A stretch of 20,000 bases of DNA from an uncultured virus (IMG/VR IMGVR_UViG_2061766007_000442) (Duplodnaviria; Heunggongvirae; Uroviricota; Caudoviricetes): the IMG/VR virus record IMGVR_UViG_2061766007_000442; one strand, 5' to 3'. Both the position numbers and the translations under genes were made by a program. This document shows positions 18,918 through 20,000 of the stretch, one piece after another. Positions within the stretch are counted from its first letter, which is position 1, and each line of letters opens with the position of its first letter. Under the pieces are notes generated by a model that did not search any database, was not told the DNA's origin, and saw nothing but the letters and a program-made list of their open reading frames with translations.

Positions 18918-20000
18918 TAGAAATCACTTCCTTGTGCGGGATTAATAGTATCACCGCCGACCTCAGAAGCAAAGCGTTTATTAGAAACAACTGCAACTGT
19001 TCCCGCAGTACCAGTAAATCCAGTAGCCTTAGAATAACTGCCTGTAACAGTAACTGTGCCAGCTGTACCACTAAATCCAGTAGGCTTAATATAACTACCA
19101 GTAACCGTAATTGTCGCGGCAGTACTAGAGAAAATAGCTTTTAATGTACCAGTAGAAGTAATGGTTTCAGGGGAGCCAGAGAAAGTAACCTTTAATTTAC
19201 CAGTGGCACTTACTGTTGTTGAAGTATGTGTAATACTACCAGAAGGAGTATAACTACCAGTTAAAGTAATATCTGCGTCAGTAGTAGTAATATCTACAGT
19301 ACCAGCAGGAGTAAATGATCCAGTAGAAATAATAGTCGCAGTAGTTCCTGCAAATGTCTTTGTTGTGGGTTGACCAGTAACAACTGTTTGTGCAGCAGTT
19401 GTAACGCCAGTAACNNNNNNNNNNTGTACCAGCAGGAGTAAATGATCCAGTAGAAATAATAGTAGCAGTAGTTCCTGCAAATGTCTTTGTCGTGGGTTGA
19501 CCAGTAACAACTGTTTGTGCAGCAGTTGTAACGCCAGTAACCACAGTTTGTGCGGCAGTTGTAACACCGGTAACAACTGTTTGAGATTTAGTATTAATTG
19601 TATCTACCGCAGTAACTTCATTAACACTATCAGTAGTTGCTCCAGTTAATAATGTACCAGTTGCACTTACATTAGGAACATAAATCGTGCCAGTATTTCC
19701 ACCCGTAGCAACTGTTTGAGCTGCAGTAGTTACACCTGTAACAATAGTAACAGCAGCGGTGGTTACACCAGTAACTACTGTTTGAGTTGCTGTAGTAACG
19801 CCAGTTACTATAGTTTGAGCAGCTGTTGTCACGGCAGTTACCGCAGTTGTAGAATTTAATTGTAATGTAGTACCAGTAACAGTAGCAACAGCAGCTACAG
19901 AACCAGTACTAACAGAAGATACAACATTTTTACTAGCTGTATTAACTGCTGTTACTTTATTAATAGAAACAGTAGAAACACTAGAAACTACATTTTTACT
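18917..20000 (-). CDS. Thr/Val/Gly-rich repetitive fibre/adhesin-like protein, 3' part (5' end outside the window)
   Basis: Frame is open from 20000; 11-aa repeats VTGVTTAAQTV and F(S/T)GTAGTVTVTGSY repeats; frame change only at the 19415-19424 scaffold join; ends TAA. Confidence 0.7.
19490..19835 (-). repeat. Degenerate 33-bp coding tandem repeats (VTGVTTAAQTV)
   Basis: About four units at 19705-19835 and two to three at 19495-19585, differing mainly at third codon positions. Confidence 0.75.

Noticed and set aside
742..19144. Antisense or alternative-frame short ORFs (e.g. 742-927, 2709-2906, 3803-4024, 5826-6062, 6143-6334, 6676-6948, 9774-10010, 14577-14993, 16292-16477, 18932-19144)
   Set aside because: They are shadows of well-supported genes and have no recognisable motifs.
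19490..19835. CRISPR array
   Set aside because: The 33-bp units are degenerate, abut without unique spacers, and encode an in-frame peptide repeat.
1..20000. Suppressor tRNA-Trp(UCA) or release-factor gene that would implement the recoding
   Set aside because: None was recognisable. Intergenic spaces are short and show no cloverleaf, so such genes may lie outside the window or in a gap.

Overview
This is an AT-rich segment of a large tailed-phage genome, scaffolded with several N gaps, in two convergent blocks. The + strand (1-8745) carries a replication and nucleotide-metabolism block: dnaE C-terminal half, guanylate kinase-like, nrdD, nrdG, three hypotheticals, a Zn-ribbon/Vsr-like nuclease, dUTPase, radical SAM, GT2 glycosyltransferase and RuvC-like resolvase. 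The - strand (20000-8798) carries five tail-fibre/adhesin-like genes followed by a lysis cassette (2-TM protein, holin-like protein, NlpC/P60-like+GH25 endolysin) that appears twice. Key result: the phage reads TGA as Trp (genetic code 4). The fragmented ORF track collapses into full-length, tightly packed genes when TGA=W, TGA sits at conserved Trp motif positions, and every gene end I can see is TAA or TAG. TGA use is sharply partitioned: 0 of 24 Trp codons in dnaE/gmk/nrdD/nrdG/dut/ORF6065 versus 21 of 25 in four tail genes, with nucleases and the endolysin also TGA-dependent. A peptidoglycan hydrolase argues for a walled, standard-code host, so this looks like a stop-codon-gated expression programme. 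Other signals are a radical SAM/GT2 gene pair, tandem NrdR-like boxes before nrdD, a consensus sigma70 promoter, a leader-peptide/anti-SD switch before a tail gene, and evidence of co-assembled strains. No tRNA or release factor gene is visible in this window.
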